DNA of 32,000 bases from Phycisphaera mikurensis NBRC 102666 (GTDB lineage: Bacteria > Planctomycetota > Phycisphaerae > Phycisphaerales > Phycisphaeraceae), in contig NC_017080.1 of the NCBI RefSeq assembly GCF_000284115.1, positions 1,290,001 through 1,322,000 of the forward strand. The letters run 5' to 3'. Made by a program: the position numbers and the translations under genes. Below, in pieces: positions 31,230 through 32,000 of this stretch (positions within the stretch are counted from its first letter, which is position 1; every line of letters starts with the position of its first letter). The notes below the pieces were generated by a model that ran no database searches, was not told where the DNA came from, and saw only the letters and a list, made by a program, of their open reading frames with translations.

Positions 31230-31467
31230 CCGCCGTCGCGGCCTCTTCGGGCGCCGGCTCGAGCTGGTCGTCGCCCTCCTGGGCGATGGTGATCTTGCCC
31301 TCGATGATCTCGGCGACGGCGATCTCGAAGTCGCTGCGGCCGTTGCGCTCGACCAGCGGCCGGGCGCCCTCCATCAGTTCCCGCACCCGGTGCTGGACCA
31401 GCGCCGTGAATTTGAAGCGTCCGCCCATGGCGTTGATGACGGTGTCGTCTTTGAGTTCTTCGATCAT
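31222..31467 (-). CDS. rpoZ: RNA polymerase omega subunit
   Basis: 81 aa MIEELKDDTVINAMGGRFKFTALVQHRVRELMEGARPLVERNGRSDFEIAVAEIIEGKI. Overlaps the coaC-like start by 8 bp. Start at 31467 chosen inside track ORF 31222..31782. Confidence 0.75.
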   Translation of the reverse strand: MIEELKDDTVINAMGGRFKFTALVQHRVRELMEGARPLVERNGRSDFEIAVAEIIEGKITIAQEGDDQLEPAPEEAATADA

Positions 31468-31835
31468 CGGGGGTGATCCGGTCGGATGCGGGTCCAGGTG
31501 CGGGGTGGGGGTGGCGGATGTCGGGCCTCGACGCGCAGCAGGCCGCCGGCCGCGCGCGGTCCGGAGTCTAGCGGACCGGCGCTGGAGGGGCGCGCCCGCG
31601 GCTGCGGGCCGCGGCCGCGGGCCGGTCTGGGCCGTTCTGGGGCCGGACGCCCTCTCCCGCGACGCGGCGGCCTCCCCCGCGCCGTCTCCGGGCGGTTCGC
31701 GAGGCCGGTTCTTGCGCCGCCTCCGCGACACCTCGCCTCGCCCGGCGTAGAGCGGGCGGCGACGCGATGAACCGACCCCCAACCCGTTCCCGTAAGCTCG
31801 GCCGCCGCCCCTTGCCCCTCCCCCGGGACCTCCCC

Positions 31836-32000
31836 ATGACCGCCGCCGCCTCCGGACCCGCCTTCACCTCGCCGCCCGATCCGCCGGTGAACCTGCCGCC
31901 GGTGACGGAGCGGTCGGAGGCGGCGGCGGACGAGCAGAAGGGCGTCGACAACCTCATCAAAGCGGCGATGGCCGGGTCGGTGGTGCTGCTGGTGGCGATC
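31836..32000 (+). CDS. Truncated ORF, hypothetical with a probable TM segment (runs off window end)
   Basis: ATG at 31836 reads MTAAASGPAFTSPPDPPVNLPPVTERSEAAADEQKGVDNLIKAAMAGSVVLLVAI.. open to the window end. Confidence 0.5.
   Translation, partial: MTAAASGPAFTSPPDPPVNLPPVTERSEAAADEQKGVDNLIKAAMAGSVVLLVAI

Overview
This is a high-GC bacterial window that looks like a Planctomycetes/Phycisphaerae-type chromosome (taxonomy is inference). It carries mostly housekeeping and hypothetical genes. In order: a partial uronate isomerase start (-), a kinase-fold protein overlapping a Wzz/CpsD-like chain-length/ATPase protein (-), a DusB-like tRNA-dihydrouridine synthase (-), a HEAT-like repeat lipoprotein (-), serS (+), folC (+), a D-hydantoinase/dihydropyrimidinase (-), a secreted endonuclease I-family protein with a dockerin-like segment and PEP-CTERM-like tail (+), leuS (-), an ankyrin-repeat protein (+), a secreted polysaccharide lyase-like protein (-), carB (-), a ThiF/MoeB-like E1 enzyme (-), two tandem zinc-ribbon paralogues (+), a tRNA with anticodon UAA, purK (+), a CoaC-like flavoprotein (-), rpoZ (-) and a truncated ORF (+). 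I see no CRISPR array, transposase, phage module or recognisable defence island, and nothing that convincingly forms a new multigene system. The best leads are: (1) a compact tRNA gene with a Leu(UAA)-like anticodon loop but a short class-I variable region; (2) a 162-bp MITE-like imperfect palindrome with 30-bp terminal inverted repeats that supplies the folC stop codon; (3) a tandem pair of uncharacterised zinc-ribbon proteins; (4) a degenerate BY-kinase-like protein overlapped by a methyltransferase-like/kinase fusion; (5) a PEP-CTERM relic between leuS and the ankyrin gene; and (6) several strong T-tract-less hairpins and REP-like palindromes. Most of the very long antisense ORFs in the supplied track are high-GC artefacts.
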